64,000 nucleotides of DNA from positions 69,068 to 133,067 of the forward strand of contig JBBISF010000001.1 in NCBI GenBank assembly GCA_037441425.1, read 5' to 3'. The DNA comes from Verrucomicrobiia bacterium (GTDB lineage: Bacteria; Verrucomicrobiota; Verrucomicrobiia; Palsa-1439). A program made the position numbers and the translations under genes. Position 1 is the stretch's first letter, and each line of letters opens with the position of its first letter. Below the pieces are notes generated by a model. It was not told where the DNA came from, did not search any database, and was given only the letters and a program-made list of their open reading frames with translations. Shown one piece after another: positions 27,793-38,099 of the stretch.

Positions 27793-29859
27793 TCAGGGAG
27801 CTTGCGGGCTGTCGTTCCCGGTTGTGGATGGTTCGGCCTCGTCCAGGTTGTGATGGCCGACGACCATGCCGTCGTCCAGAGCGTTGCGTTTGACGGTCTT
27901 CAACGACCGGAACAGTTGGATCAAATCGCGAATCCCGCCCCACGTGAACCACACCGTGGTCACGACGCCGATGATGAAGGGCAGGAAGATCACGTAGATG
28001 TACCAGTAGTGGCCCCACGTGACCAGCGACCACGGCCGCCATAAATACCACGCGGTACCCACGAGAAACACGATAAACCAGAACATGCTCCAAATGAACA
28101 CACTGCTCGATAGAATCTTATCCCCCAAGGTGAATTCGTGATCGAAACCCAAGATGCCACCCCACGTGAACCGGCGTTGGGCGGTGGTGAGCGATTCACC
28201 GGGCTTGGTTTCGATGGCGTACTGGCCGCGGTGCAACATGCGGTCCATGTTGAAGTCCTCCTTGCAGGTCAGCAGGGAAATCACGATGTAGAGCGCAATG
28301 GCGACGACCATGGCGATGAACCACATCCATTGGCCGTTGATGGGAAACTTATCCGCGTGGCGCGCCAGATACTCGTGGACGGTGCCGGCCGGGAACAACG
28401 TCACCAGCTTCGGCTGGAGCTGGGTCCACATCTGTTCCAGGACGATGGCGCCGGTGGCCAGAACCGAGCCGGTCAACATGCTCACCCAAGCGGCAATATT
28501 GGTGCCTTTCTTCCAGTACAACCCGCCCAAGACCGCGCACCCGGAGCCGCCCAGGAAGATCGTGCCGGTAATGGCGAAGAACATCAGGATGTACTGGGTC
28601 TGGTTAAAGAACAGTCCAAAGAGAAACGCAAACAACCCCACGCCCGCAATTGACCAGCGGAGCAGCCGGATGTGTTGCTTGGGCAAAAGGGGTTTCTTCC
28701 AGAACGGCAGCAGCACGTCCTGCACAAAGATGCTGCCCCAGGAGTGCATGTAGGAGCCGTCACACGCGAGCATCGCGAAAAACATGATGCACGCGAACGA
28801 GCCCTTAACGCCAATGGGCAGGAGAAAGCTCAACGCCACCGGCACGCGCATCTGCTCCTGGATTTGTGCTTGGGGGATCGCCTTCAGTGCGTTGGTCACC
28901 TGCGCCGCCCCGCCGGCAAAGTCCGGGTTATTCAAATACGTGAACGCGCAAACTCCCAGCAACGAAATCATCACCGATCGCGAGACGCCGCGCCAACCAC
29001 CCAGAATATTGCCCATCTTGGCTTCATGCGGGCTGGCGGCACTGGCCCGAAAGGCGTGCCCCCCCTGCCACGACATATAGGAGTAAATGCCGCCGACAAT
29101 CCCGATCAAGACGTACCAGATGTTGAAGTCCTGCGCGCTGGCCGTGTCGAACGGATTGAGCATGGACTGGCCCTTCGGCGCGGCGGCCAAGGCCGTGTAA
29201 ATCTCCGACCACTTGAAGATGCACAACAAGGCCACCGCCACCACCAGATAAAGCACCCCGGACAGCAACCCTTCCAGACAATCGCTGATCATGATGGTCA
29301 ACTGCCCGCCGATCAGGGTCACCCCCAGCGCCGACGAAATGAAGATGGCCATCACCATGCCAAACGTCGGCACCGTGTGCCCCCAAACGGTGAGCGTCTG
29401 GGGCCAGCCGCAGTAGTTGACGAAGAACCGCGCGCCGACTGCCGGGAAGATGCCGAAGTTCAGAACACCCGAAATCCACGCCAGAATGCCGGTCAGAATC
29501 CGAAACCCTTTACTGTAACGAACCTCAAAGAGTTGGGACATCGTCAGCACCCGCGTTTCCCGGTAGCGGTAGATGACAAACCCGGTCAACGTGACGATCA
29601 ATCCGATGGGGATGCTCAACGATTGCCACCAGTTGATGGCGAACCCGGTTTTGTAAATGTACTCAAAAATCGCCACGGCGCTGACCGCGCCAAAACCAGC
29701 TTCCCCCGCGGCGTTGCAGACCAGATACCGGCCCGCGCACCGGCTGGCCGCCATGAAATCCGCCACGCTTCTCACGTAGCGCCGCGTCGCCCACGAGACG
29801 ATGACGATGACCACAATCGGCACGACCATGATGGCGTAATCAACCCAATGCATTCGCAT
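27793..29859 (-). CDS. sodium:solute symporter family (SSS) transporter
   Basis: A 688-aa protein with about 14 TM helices and an SSF-like N-terminus. Confidence 0.8.
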   Translation of the reverse strand: MRMHWVDYAIMVVPIVVIVIVSWATRRYVRSVADFMAASRCAGRYLVCNAAGEAGFGAVSAVAIFEYIYKTGFAINWWQSLSIPIGLIVTLTGFVIYRYRETRVLTMSQLFEVRYSKGFRILTGILAWISGVLNFGIFPAVGARFFVNYCGWPQTLTVWGHTVPTFGMVMAIFISSALGVTLIGGQLTIMISDCLEGLLSGVLYLVVAVALLCIFKWSEIYTALAAAPKGQSMLNPFDTASAQDFNIWYVLIGIVGGIYSYMSWQGGHAFRASAASPHEAKMGNILGGWRGVSRSVMISLLGVCAFTYLNNPDFAGGAAQVTNALKAIPQAQIQEQMRVPVALSFLLPIGVKGSFACIMFFAMLACDGSYMHSWGSIFVQDVLLPFWKKPLLPKQHIRLLRWSIAGVGLFAFLFGLFFNQTQYILMFFAITGTIFLGGSGCAVLGGLYWKKGTNIAAWVSMLTGSVLATGAIVLEQMWTQLQPKLVTLFPAGTVHEYLARHADKFPINGQWMWFIAMVVAIALYIVISLLTCKEDFNMDRMLHRGQYAIETKPGESLTTAQRRFTWGGILGFDHEFTLGDKILSSSVFIWSMFWFIVFLVGTAWYLWRPWSLVTWGHYWYIYVIFLPFIIGVVTTVWFTWGGIRDLIQLFRSLKTVKRNALDDGMVVGHHNLDEAEPSTTGNDSPQAP

Positions 29860-30039
29860 AGATCATCTCCATTCAAACGTTGAATACCGTTAGCACCCGT
29901 CTCGGGGCGAAACCCGTGGCCGATCCCAGTCTGCGGCTTTCCGATAATTGGGACTTCCTATACCGGCTTTCGGCGACGGCGGCAAACACAAAACGGACGA
30001 CGCTTTACACCCCGGCTAGTCGTGCTAGTGTGCTCGCCC

Positions 30040-31221
30040 ATGACCGCGCCCAAATTCCGGTTATCGCAGTACTTCATCCTCGAAGGGGTGAGCGCTGTCG
30101 CTGCGACGCTGTTTTTGTATTGCGCCTTCTTTTGGACGAAAGCGAAGTTCGGGTTCACTGATACGCAAAACCTGTTGCTGACGGCCACGCAAGGACTGGT
30201 GTACATCCTGATGACCCTCCGGGGCGGCAAACTCTCCGACCGCTGGGGATATGACCGGATGTTGTCGGTCTGTTTGCTGGGAACGGGCGTCGCGCTGGTC
30301 GTGGGCTGGCTACCGGGTTGGCGGGGGCTGCCTTTCATGCTCGTGGCGATTTACACGTTCTTCATCGCGCCCACCTGGCCGGCATTGGAGGCCGCGATCC
30401 TGCACTGTCCCGGCGAGACCACCATGCCCAACCGGCTGGGCCTCTACAACGTCATCTGGGCGCTGGGCGACGGCATTGGCTTTGCCGTCGCCGGAATTCT
30501 GTTCGCCTGGCGACCAGACTCCATCGTCTGGGTGGCCGGACTGCTGCATCTCTGTCTGTTCGTCTGGATGAAGTTCGCCCCGCGCAACCGCCACGATCCC
30601 GGACAATCCGCGATGCAACTTTCGCATCATGGCGACGCGGTGGCGCGACCGGTGAAACGTCGCTTTATGCACACCGCGTGGCTGGCCAATGGGTTGGGGT
30701 TCATGATGCTGGCCGGATTCAGCGCGTTGACGCCTTTCGTCGGTCAACGGCTCGGCTTGGCACCGCGCAACACGATCTGGCTGGCCAGCACGCTGTTGTT
30801 TGCGCGCACGGCCGCATTCGCGCTGTTCTGGAAATGGGAAGGCTGGCACTACAACCGGGGCTGGCTGCGGGCGGCGATGTGGCTGGGACCGGTCGCGCTT
30901 GCCGGGACGTTCTGGGCCAGGCAACCGGCCATCGTGTTCGCGGCGCTGGTTCTCCTCGGCATCGCCTTGGGGCTTTCGTATTCCGGCTCGCTGTACTACT
31001 CGCTGGACTACGGCGCGAACAAAGGCGAAGTGGGTGGCCAGCACGAAGCCATTCTGGGCTTGGGCATTCTCGTGGGTCCGTTGTTGGGGGCGCTCGTGTC
31101 CGGACTTGGCGGCGGCGCCGCGGGCGCGGAACTCACAATCGTACTCCTCGCGGTCGGCGCGACCGGAGTCGGGCGGCACTTCATTGACCGCGCGCTCACC
31201 ACCGAGGCGCGCCGCCCGTAG
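30040..31221 (+). CDS. MFS transporter
   Basis: 12-TM composition with an MFS loop motif (GGKLSDRWGYDRM). Confidence 0.7.
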   Translation: MTAPKFRLSQYFILEGVSAVAATLFLYCAFFWTKAKFGFTDTQNLLLTATQGLVYILMTLRGGKLSDRWGYDRMLSVCLLGTGVALVVGWLPGWRGLPFMLVAIYTFFIAPTWPALEAAILHCPGETTMPNRLGLYNVIWALGDGIGFAVAGILFAWRPDSIVWVAGLLHLCLFVWMKFAPRNRHDPGQSAMQLSHHGDAVARPVKRRFMHTAWLANGLGFMMLAGFSALTPFVGQRLGLAPRNTIWLASTLLFARTAAFALFWKWEGWHYNRGWLRAAMWLGPVALAGTFWARQPAIVFAALVLLGIALGLSYSGSLYYSLDYGANKGEVGGQHEAILGLGILVGPLLGALVSGLGGGAAGAELTIVLLAVGATGVGRHFIDRALTTEARRP

Positions 31222-31269
31222 TTTCGCCTTGCACTGCGGGTTCGATTCGCGGAACCTGCGGCTGGGTTT

Positions 31270-32253
31270 ATGCGCCGTATGCTGAAAGCCGCCGCCGACC
31301 AGACCATCCACCGCGTTGCGGATGAAGCGGGCGTGTCCATCGTCTCGGTTTCCCGGGTGTTCAACGATTACCCGCACGTCAGCACGGCGATGCGCCACCG
31401 CGTCCTGCAAGCCGCCCGCACGATTGGCTATCGCCCGCGGTTCGTGAGCAAGCCGAAATCAATCGCGGTGGTCATCGGGCACCTCGACATTCTGAGCGCC
31501 GGGGATTACAAGACCCGGCTGGTGCTGCACATCGTGCGGGTCGCCGCCCGGCACGGCTACCTGGTGGAGTTCATTCCCTACAACGCCATCGACCTCGCGA
31601 CCAAACGCCTTGTCAACGGCGTCATCGAAGTCGGCCTGACCCAGCGCGAGATCGTCCAACTCGAACACCTGCCGCCCGTGCCGGTGGTGCTGGTCAACCA
31701 ACAACCCCGGCGGACCGCCTGGAGTTCCGTGACGTCCGACCATTACGACGAAGGTCGCGCGGCCACCGCGCATCTCGCCCAAGCCGGCCACCGCCGGATC
31801 GCCTTGGTGCTGGATGAATTGGAGGGGTGGGGCGTCGAACAACGCGCCGCGGGCTACCGGGATGTTTTGGCGGCGCAAACGCCGAATGATTTTTCACCGC
31901 TGATTCTGCCCGCGGACACCCTGTCGCCGCTCGACATCGCCCGCGCGATCATCGCCCAGCAATGCACCGCCTGCGTCAATCTGACCGACAACCACGGGTT
32001 CGCCCTCCTCGACAGCCTGACGAACGGGCTCGGCCTGAAAATCCCGGCGGACATCTCTGTGGTATGCCTGGAGAACGAATCCGTGAGCCAGTTTCTCACT
32101 CCGCGCCTCACCACCATCGCCCAACCGTTGAGCGAGCTGGCCGAAATCGCCGTCCAATGCATTGTGCAGGGCGATCAGCTCGACAAACACAGCTTCCACC
32201 GTGTGCTCCGCTGCCAGTTGATCGCTCGCGACTCCGTGCGGTTGCTGCCGTAA
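31270..32253 (+). CDS. LacI-family transcriptional regulator
   Basis: HTH IHRVADEAGVSIVSVSRVFND, then a periplasmic-binding-fold sugar-sensor domain. Confidence 0.8.
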   Translation: MRRMLKAAADQTIHRVADEAGVSIVSVSRVFNDYPHVSTAMRHRVLQAARTIGYRPRFVSKPKSIAVVIGHLDILSAGDYKTRLVLHIVRVAARHGYLVEFIPYNAIDLATKRLVNGVIEVGLTQREIVQLEHLPPVPVVLVNQQPRRTAWSSVTSDHYDEGRAATAHLAQAGHRRIALVLDELEGWGVEQRAAGYRDVLAAQTPNDFSPLILPADTLSPLDIARAIIAQQCTACVNLTDNHGFALLDSLTNGLGLKIPADISVVCLENESVSQFLTPRLTTIAQPLSELAEIAVQCIVQGDQLDKHSFHRVLRCQLIARDSVRLLP

Positions 32254-32322
32254 GTCGGCTCCGCCGTGGATCATCGCAGACGCGGCAGTAACGCTTGATC
32301 GCGCGGCAACACCGCGTCCTTC

Positions 32323-34542
32323 TCACGCTGTATACGGCAGCGGGAATTGGGCGGTGAGGGCGCGTACTTTGCCGCGCACCTTGTCGGCAACGGCCAGGTT
32401 GCCGGGATTCTCCAGCGCTTCGGTCATCAACCCGGCAATCTGCTCCATCTCCGGCTCTTTCATGCCGCGGGTGGTGACGGCGGGCGTGCCGACACGGATG
32501 CCGGAGGCGACCATCGGTTTCTCGGGATCGAACGGAATCATATTCTTGTTCACCGTGATCCCGGCTTGGTCGAGCGCCTCCTGCGCAACCTTGCCGGTCA
32601 ATTTCTTCGGCCGCAGATCCACCAACATCAAATGATTGTCCGTGCCGCCACTGACGATCCGGAAACCGCGTTTGCTCAGGGCGGCCGCCAATACGGCGGC
32701 GTTCTTGACGATCTGGCGTTGGTAGTCCTTGAACTCCGGCCGCAACGCTTCCTGGAAACAAACGGCCTTGGCGGCAATGATGTGCATGAGCGGGCCGCCT
32801 TGGATGCCGGGGAAGATTTGGGAGTTCACCGCTTTCGCGTGCGCTTCCTTGCAGAGAATCAATCCCGCGCGCGGGCCGCGCAACGTCTTGTGCGTCGTGC
32901 TGGTCACGATGTCGGCGTGTGGAACCGGGTTCGCATGCACGCCGCCCGCGACCAGCCCGGCAATGTGCGCCATGTCCACCACCAACGCCGCGCCCACGGC
33001 CTTCGCGATGGCCGCAAATCCGGCAAAATCGAGCGTGCGCGGGTAGGCACTGGCTCCGACGACGATGATGCGCGGTTTCTCGGACTGAGCGAGCCGCGCC
33101 ACTTCGTCCATGTCGATGCGTTCCGTCTGCTGGCTCACGCCGTACGGCACGATCCGAAACAATCGGCCGGAGAAATTGACCGACGCGCCGTGCGTGAGGT
33201 GTCCGCCGAAGTTCAGGCTCATCGCCAAAATCGTGTCGCCCGGCTTGGCCAACGCGAAGTACGCGGCCATGTTGGCCTGGCTGCCGGAATGGGGCTGGAC
33301 GTTGGCATGTTCCGCGCCGAACAGTTGTTTGGCACGATCAATCGCCAATTGCTCCGCGACGTCCACAACCTCACAGCCACCGTAGTAGCGCTTACCGGGA
33401 TAACCTTCGGCGTATTTATTCGTAAGCACGCTGCCGGCCGCTTCGAGGACGGACGGGTTGACGAAATTCTCGCTGGCGATCAGCTCGATGTTTTCCTGTT
33501 GGCGTTGCTTCTCGCGTTGGACAACCGTGAAGATTTCCGGGTCGGTTTGCGCCAGCGCCGAACTCTTTTTCAGAGTCAGACCGGGTTTAAGCGGCGGCTG
33601 ATCCATCTTCTGCACCCGCCGCGCGTGCCGGCCGCCCGCAAACGGTGTCCTGAGCCAGACATCGAGAATGCGGACGGCCTGCTCGTTGTTCAGCTCGATG
33701 CCGGACAGGACAAGGACGTTGGCGTCGTTGTGTTCGCGACTGAGGCGCGCCCATTGCTCACTGCCGACCATCGCCGCGCGCACGCCGACGACACGGTTGG
33801 CGGCGATGCTCATGCCAATGCCACTCTTGCAGATCAATACGCCCCGCTCGGAATTGCCGGCGGCGACTTCCTCGGCAACCGCAAACGCGTAGTCCGGGTA
33901 ATCGCACGGCTCGGTCGAATTCGTGCCGAGATCGGTGAACTGATAACCTTGTTTGGTCAGCCACTCTTTCAACGCCGCCTTCATCTCCACGCCGCCGTGA
34001 TCGGCCCCCAACACGATGCGCGGCGTGACGGTCTGGGTTTCAGTGGTTTCGCTCAAGGTTTTCTTCATCACACGTTCCGTTTGATCAATGAACTCCAACA
34101 CCGAGGGCAAGGCGTCGCGGATTTGGTCGCGCGTTTGCCGGTACACTCCCACCGGCGAGCCGATCGGGTCGGCAATGTCCCGACTCTCGTCCGGCGGCAC
34201 TTCCTGAAACTCCCGCAGCACGAAAATCTTCTCCGCCGCCTCCGGGTACAACGCCTGCAGCAAATCCTGCTGCTGCCGCGTCATCGTGAACACGAAATCC
34301 GCCTGCTCGATCATCCCGGCCCGCAACGCCAAGCTGCGGTGATGCGTCAGATTACCGCCCAACTCCGCCATCACGTCCACGGCCAAATCGGTGGCCGGTT
34401 GCCCATCCACCGCGCCGATGCCGGCTGAGACGCACCGGACATCGCCGCGTTTCCGCGCGAGCTTGTCCATCAACGCTTCCGCCATTGGACTGCGACAGAC
34501 GTTGCCCGTGCACACAAACAAAATGGTTTTCACTTTTGCCAT
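32323..34542 (-). CDS. tri-domain fusion of low-molecular-weight phosphotyrosine/arginine phosphatase, ribose-5-phosphate isomerase B and serine hydroxymethyltransferase
   Basis: aa 1-157: [14 protein letters not shown] is the CX5R P-loop of LMW-PTP. aa about 175-305: [21 protein letters not shown]...[17 protein letters not shown] is RpiB/LacAB. aa about 313-739: ELIASENF...THKTLRGPR is SHMT with the PLP lysine. One uninterrupted 739-aa frame. In-frame Met codons at 34071 and 33606 mark the domain starts. Confidence 0.8.
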   Translation of the reverse strand: MAKVKTILFVCTGNVCRSPMAEALMDKLARKRGDVRCVSAGIGAVDGQPATDLAVDVMAELGGNLTHHRSLALRAGMIEQADFVFTMTRQQQDLLQALYPEAAEKIFVLREFQEVPPDESRDIADPIGSPVGVYRQTRDQIRDALPSVLEFIDQTERVMKKTLSETTETQTVTPRIVLGADHGGVEMKAALKEWLTKQGYQFTDLGTNSTEPCDYPDYAFAVAEEVAAGNSERGVLICKSGIGMSIAANRVVGVRAAMVGSEQWARLSREHNDANVLVLSGIELNNEQAVRILDVWLRTPFAGGRHARRVQKMDQPPLKPGLTLKKSSALAQTDPEIFTVVQREKQRQQENIELIASENFVNPSVLEAAGSVLTNKYAEGYPGKRYYGGCEVVDVAEQLAIDRAKQLFGAEHANVQPHSGSQANMAAYFALAKPGDTILAMSLNFGGHLTHGASVNFSGRLFRIVPYGVSQQTERIDMDEVARLAQSEKPRIIVVGASAYPRTLDFAGFAAIAKAVGAALVVDMAHIAGLVAGGVHANPVPHADIVTSTTHKTLRGPRAGLILCKEAHAKAVNSQIFPGIQGGPLMHIIAAKAVCFQEALRPEFKDYQRQIVKNAAVLAAALSKRGFRIVSGGTDNHLMLVDLRPKKLTGKVAQEALDQAGITVNKNMIPFDPEKPMVASGIRVGTPAVTTRGMKEPEMEQIAGLMTEALENPGNLAVADKVRGKVRALTAQFPLPYTA

Positions 34543-34554
34543 CGCGTCCGCCGC

Positions 34555-35673
34555 TTACTGCCAGGAGAGCAACACCCGGATGCCCTTCAAAACATCCACC
34601 GCCCGCTGCAACACCACGTCCCGCACGTTCTGGATTTCGCCTTTGTCATCCGCTTCCTTCTCACCCTTGTCCCCGGCCGGTTGCGACAAATCCAGCCCCA
34701 CCGACTCGCCGCGAAACGCCTTCAACAACTCCGCCTCCGACCGCACCTGCTTCGGCAACGTCGGCTGCAAACTCACCGTCAACGTCACGTTCGTCGCGGC
34801 GGACGACAACACCTCCCGCTCCACGCTCGGATCAATCGACACGAAAATATCCGGCGCGATCCCGTTCGGAAACACGTCCGTCACCGGCATGTTCTTCGGA
34901 TCGCCCGGCTCCAACACCACCTTCGCCGACGCCAACCGCAAAATCTGACCGTCCACCAACGGCACATCATCCCACGCCACTGCCGAGCCGGCCGTCAAAC
35001 TGCCGATCACGATCCCCCGGTCCTGCGCCCGCAACGCGCCGACCAACGCCTCCGCGCTCCCGGTCGTGTGCGCATTCACCAGCAACATCAACGGCGCTTC
35101 CGGCACCCGCACAAACGCGCCCGCCGCCGCCGTGCTCGCGTGGAACACCTCGTTACTCTGCCCAGCCCGCTTGATGACGAACAGCTCCTGCCCGTCCGCC
35201 AAGAACCGACTCGCGATCGCCGCCGCCGCCGCGTAATCGTCCCCACCCGCGTACCGCAAATCCAGCACGTACCCGGTCGCCTTGGCGTCCACGAACTTCT
35301 TCAACTCCACGTCCAACGGATTCACCGCCGCGCCCGTCACCGCCACCAAATGAATGTAACCAATGTCCGGCTGGATGATTTCCGCACGCGCCACCGGCGC
35401 CGTGCCGGCCGGCAACGCCGTGCTCGACTCGGTCAGCTCCATGCCGTTCGTGCCGTGCGCCGAGGGCGACAACAGCACCGCGCCCCGCCCGATGGAGCTC
35501 AGGATCCCGGCCACGCTCGCCGCCTGCAACGACTGATTGTCCACTTGATTGGCGTCCACGTAATGCGTCTTCAACGCCCGAATGACTTGCGTCACTTCAT
35601 CCGTGGCATTCGTCTCCGCCCCGACGCGACCGGCCACCACGACCGCCGCCAAAAACAAAATGAGTTTCTTCAT
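34555..35673 (-). CDS. S41-family peptidase (C-terminal processing protease-like), secreted
   Basis: Signal peptide MKKLILFLAAVVVAGRVGA. VLDLRYAGGDDYAAAAAIASRFL...NAHTTGSAEALVGAL resembles the S41 catalytic region. Confidence 0.65.
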   Translation of the reverse strand: MKKLILFLAAVVVAGRVGAETNATDEVTQVIRALKTHYVDANQVDNQSLQAASVAGILSSIGRGAVLLSPSAHGTNGMELTESSTALPAGTAPVARAEIIQPDIGYIHLVAVTGAAVNPLDVELKKFVDAKATGYVLDLRYAGGDDYAAAAAIASRFLADGQELFVIKRAGQSNEVFHASTAAAGAFVRVPEAPLMLLVNAHTTGSAEALVGALRAQDRGIVIGSLTAGSAVAWDDVPLVDGQILRLASAKVVLEPGDPKNMPVTDVFPNGIAPDIFVSIDPSVEREVLSSAATNVTLTVSLQPTLPKQVRSEAELLKAFRGESVGLDLSQPAGDKGEKEADDKGEIQNVRDVVLQRAVDVLKGIRVLLSWQ

Positions 35674-35685
35674 GTGCTTGCTGTT

Positions 35686-36963
35686 TTATTTCCGCCGCGC
35701 CAACGCGCGGGCCGCAATATCGCGCCGGTACTGCGCCCCGTCAAAATGAATCCGTTCCACCGCCTCATACACGCGCGTCACCGCCCCGGCAATGTCCGCC
35801 CCGAGCGCCGTCACGCCGAGCACCCGGCCGCCGTCCGTGACAATCGCGCCTTTGCCACCGCGCCGCGTCCCGGCATGGAACACCGACACGTTAGCCAACG
35901 CCTCCGCCTCCTTCAATCCGGTAATCGGCTTGCCCTTCTGATAACTGCCGGGATAACCGCCCGCGGCCAGCACCACGCACACTGCCGCGTCCTTCTTCCA
36001 CCGCAACTCCACCTCCGCCAACCGGCCCGCCGCCGTCGCTTCCAACGCGTCCAGCAAATCCGAATCCAACCGCGGCAACACTGCCTGCGTCTCCGGGTCG
36101 CCAAACCGCGCGTTAAATTCCAGTACCTTCGGCCCGTCCTGCGTCAACATCAGCCCCGCGTACATCACCCCGCGAAACTCAATCCCCTGCGCCCGCAACC
36201 CGGCCAGCGTCCGCTCAAAAACTTGGTCAATGACCGGCTGATGCTTCTTCAACACCGCCGGCGTGGGCGAATACGCGCCCATCCCCCCCGTGTTCGGCCC
36301 GGCATCATTGTCGTAAATCCGCTTATGATCCTGCGCCGACGCCAACACCCGGAACGTCTTCCCGTCCACCAACGCCATCACGGACGCCTCTGCGCCGGAC
36401 AAACATTCCTCCAACAAAATCCGCTTCCCGGCGTCGCCGAAAATCCGGCGCTCCAGCATGTCCCCAATTGCCTGCTCGGCTTCCGCGACGGACTCCGCGA
36501 CGATCACTCCCTTGCCGGCCGCCAATCCATCTGCCTTCACCACCACCGGCGCGCCCGTCTTCCGCAGATACGCCCGCGCCTTGCCGGCCTCCTCGAAAAT
36601 CTCCGCCCGGCCCGTCGGCACCCCGGCCTGCAACAATATCTGTTTGCAGAATACCTTACTCCCCTCCAACTGCGCCGCGCGCTTCGTCGGCCCGAACACC
36701 CGGAGCCCCTTGGCCTGCAGCGCATCCACAATCCCGGCGCACAACGGCGCTTCCGGTCCCACCACGGTGAAATCGATCTGCTCCTTCACCGCCAACGCGA
36801 CCAGTTGACCGATATCTGTGGCCGCGATCGGCACGCACTCTGCCTGTTGGGCGATGCCGGCATTACCGGGTGCGCAGTAGAGTTTGGTGACACGTTTGCT
36901 TTGGGCCAATTTCCAAACGAGCGCATGCTCCCGCCCGCCGCCGCCGATGATCAGGACTTTCAT
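35686..36963 (-). CDS. purD: phosphoribosylamine--glycine ligase
   Basis: MKVLIIGGGGREHALVWKLAQS...ATP-grasp core. 425 aa. Confidence 0.9.
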   Translation of the reverse strand: MKVLIIGGGGREHALVWKLAQSKRVTKLYCAPGNAGIAQQAECVPIAATDIGQLVALAVKEQIDFTVVGPEAPLCAGIVDALQAKGLRVFGPTKRAAQLEGSKVFCKQILLQAGVPTGRAEIFEEAGKARAYLRKTGAPVVVKADGLAAGKGVIVAESVAEAEQAIGDMLERRIFGDAGKRILLEECLSGAEASVMALVDGKTFRVLASAQDHKRIYDNDAGPNTGGMGAYSPTPAVLKKHQPVIDQVFERTLAGLRAQGIEFRGVMYAGLMLTQDGPKVLEFNARFGDPETQAVLPRLDSDLLDALEATAAGRLAEVELRWKKDAAVCVVLAAGGYPGSYQKGKPITGLKEAEALANVSVFHAGTRRGGKGAIVTDGGRVLGVTALGADIAGAVTRVYEAVERIHFDGAQYRRDIAARALARRK

Positions 36964-37073
36964 AACTCGCGTGTGGCGACTCTAGGGGAACCCGCGAACG
37001 AGAGCAATGTGGAAAAGCGTCCGGCAGGAATTGTCACGACCCTCACCGAGCGCTGTCCGCCCCCCCCGGGTCT

Positions 37074-37850
37074 TCAGCAGGCACCCGTTAGGCGGACGGG
37101 GTAAAGAGGCGACTTCGCAAACTTCACGACACCATCCTCGATCAAGGTCACCCACTTGTTGTTGAAATCGACACAGTAGTTGGTGCTGCGCGGCTTGATC
37201 TTGTTCGGCTTCCATTTCACCACGCCCTCGCTGTCCGGCGAGGCGTGCGGCGTGTGGCCGACAATTTGATTGAACCCGTCAATCGGTTCGAATTCCCGGT
37301 TGAAATCCAGCCACGTGATCCCGCCCGGCCGGCGGCCGTAACCGCCGCCGCGCGCCTGACCGGCCATGAAGATGGGGTCGGGATTGCCATTCAGGAGGTT
37401 GTGCCGGCCAATCTCACATACTCGTTTGATGTAATTGAGTTCCACGCCATGCACCGGATGACTGAACCAGCGTTGGTGAATGCCCGCATGACTGAATAAA
37501 ATCCCCTGCGAACAATGACACAGTCCCATCCGCTCCCAATCCCCGGCTGTCAGCACGGCGACAATCGCCTCCCTCTTCGCGTCCGTATTGTCGCTGCAGA
37601 ACGCGTACGGACAACCGTACCCGTACCAGACATCATGATTGCCCAGTAAATGGATGCGCTTGGGTTTGCCCAACGACTCCTTTAACCACCGCGCCGTTTC
37701 CCCCGCCTGTTCGGGCGTGTCACGAATCCCATCAAAGTAATCGCCGAGAAAGATCACCTCATCATACGTCTGCACCGCGAGGTAAGTTTCCACCCACTGA
37801 TACCGGTGATGCAAATCGGAGATGATAATCGAGCGCATGTGAAAGCCCAT
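37074..37850 (-). CDS. calcineurin-like metallophosphoesterase
   Basis: IISDLHH, FLGDYFDG and LLGNHD are metal-binding motifs. Start at MGFHMRS; the first 28 aa of the ORF are Cys-rich readthrough. Confidence 0.7.
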   Translation of the reverse strand: MGFHMRSIIISDLHHRYQWVETYLAVQTYDEVIFLGDYFDGIRDTPEQAGETARWLKESLGKPKRIHLLGNHDVWYGYGCPYAFCSDNTDAKREAIVAVLTAGDWERMGLCHCSQGILFSHAGIHQRWFSHPVHGVELNYIKRVCEIGRHNLLNGNPDPIFMAGQARGGGYGRRPGGITWLDFNREFEPIDGFNQIVGHTPHASPDSEGVVKWKPNKIKPRSTNYCVDFNNKWVTLIEDGVVKFAKSPLYPVRLTGAC

Positions 37851-37881
37851 CAGCCGCGTCCGGAAGCCCCCACCCTTGCGC

Positions 37882-38046
37882 TCATAATTCGGGCAACAAG
37901 TGGGTGCGCGTCGCGAGCATCCACACCACCCCAAAGATGATGCCGAAGATCCCCACCACCATCAGCGGCAGGCCGGCCCCCTCCGCTTCCTGTCTTCGTC
38001 CATAAACGAAAATCACGATGCTCACCAGCAGTGTGACGATGTCCAT
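37882..38046 (-). CDS. small two-TM membrane protein (hypothetical)
   Basis: MDIVTLLVSIVIFVYG...LPLMVVGIFGIIFGVVWMLA lies upstream of and co-oriented with the phosphoesterase. Confidence 0.3.
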   Translation of the reverse strand: MDIVTLLVSIVIFVYGRRQEAEGAGLPLMVVGIFGIIFGVVWMLATRTHLLPEL

Positions 38047-38099
38047 AAACCGCTTCCCCGCAGTTGTAGCAACCGCCGCCGCCCCCGGCAATCCTGTTA

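Noticed and set aside
28672-29883. 403-aa ORF on the plus strand
   Set aside because: It is antisense to the SSS transporter and is Arg/His/Gly-rich.
30310-31410. 366-aa ORF on the minus strand
   Set aside because: It is antisense to the MFS transporter and LacI genes.
32347-34428. 693-aa ORF on the plus strand
   Set aside because: It is antisense to the LMW-PTP/RpiB/SHMT gene. It is Arg/Gly/His-rich and low-complexity, with no credible start context.
34681-37104. 807-aa ORF on the plus strand
   Set aside because: It is antisense to the S41 peptidase and purD, both of which have strong family signatures. Its translation is Arg/Pro/Gln/His-rich and low-complexity with no domain-like segments. 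This is a typical GC-rich antisense artefact.
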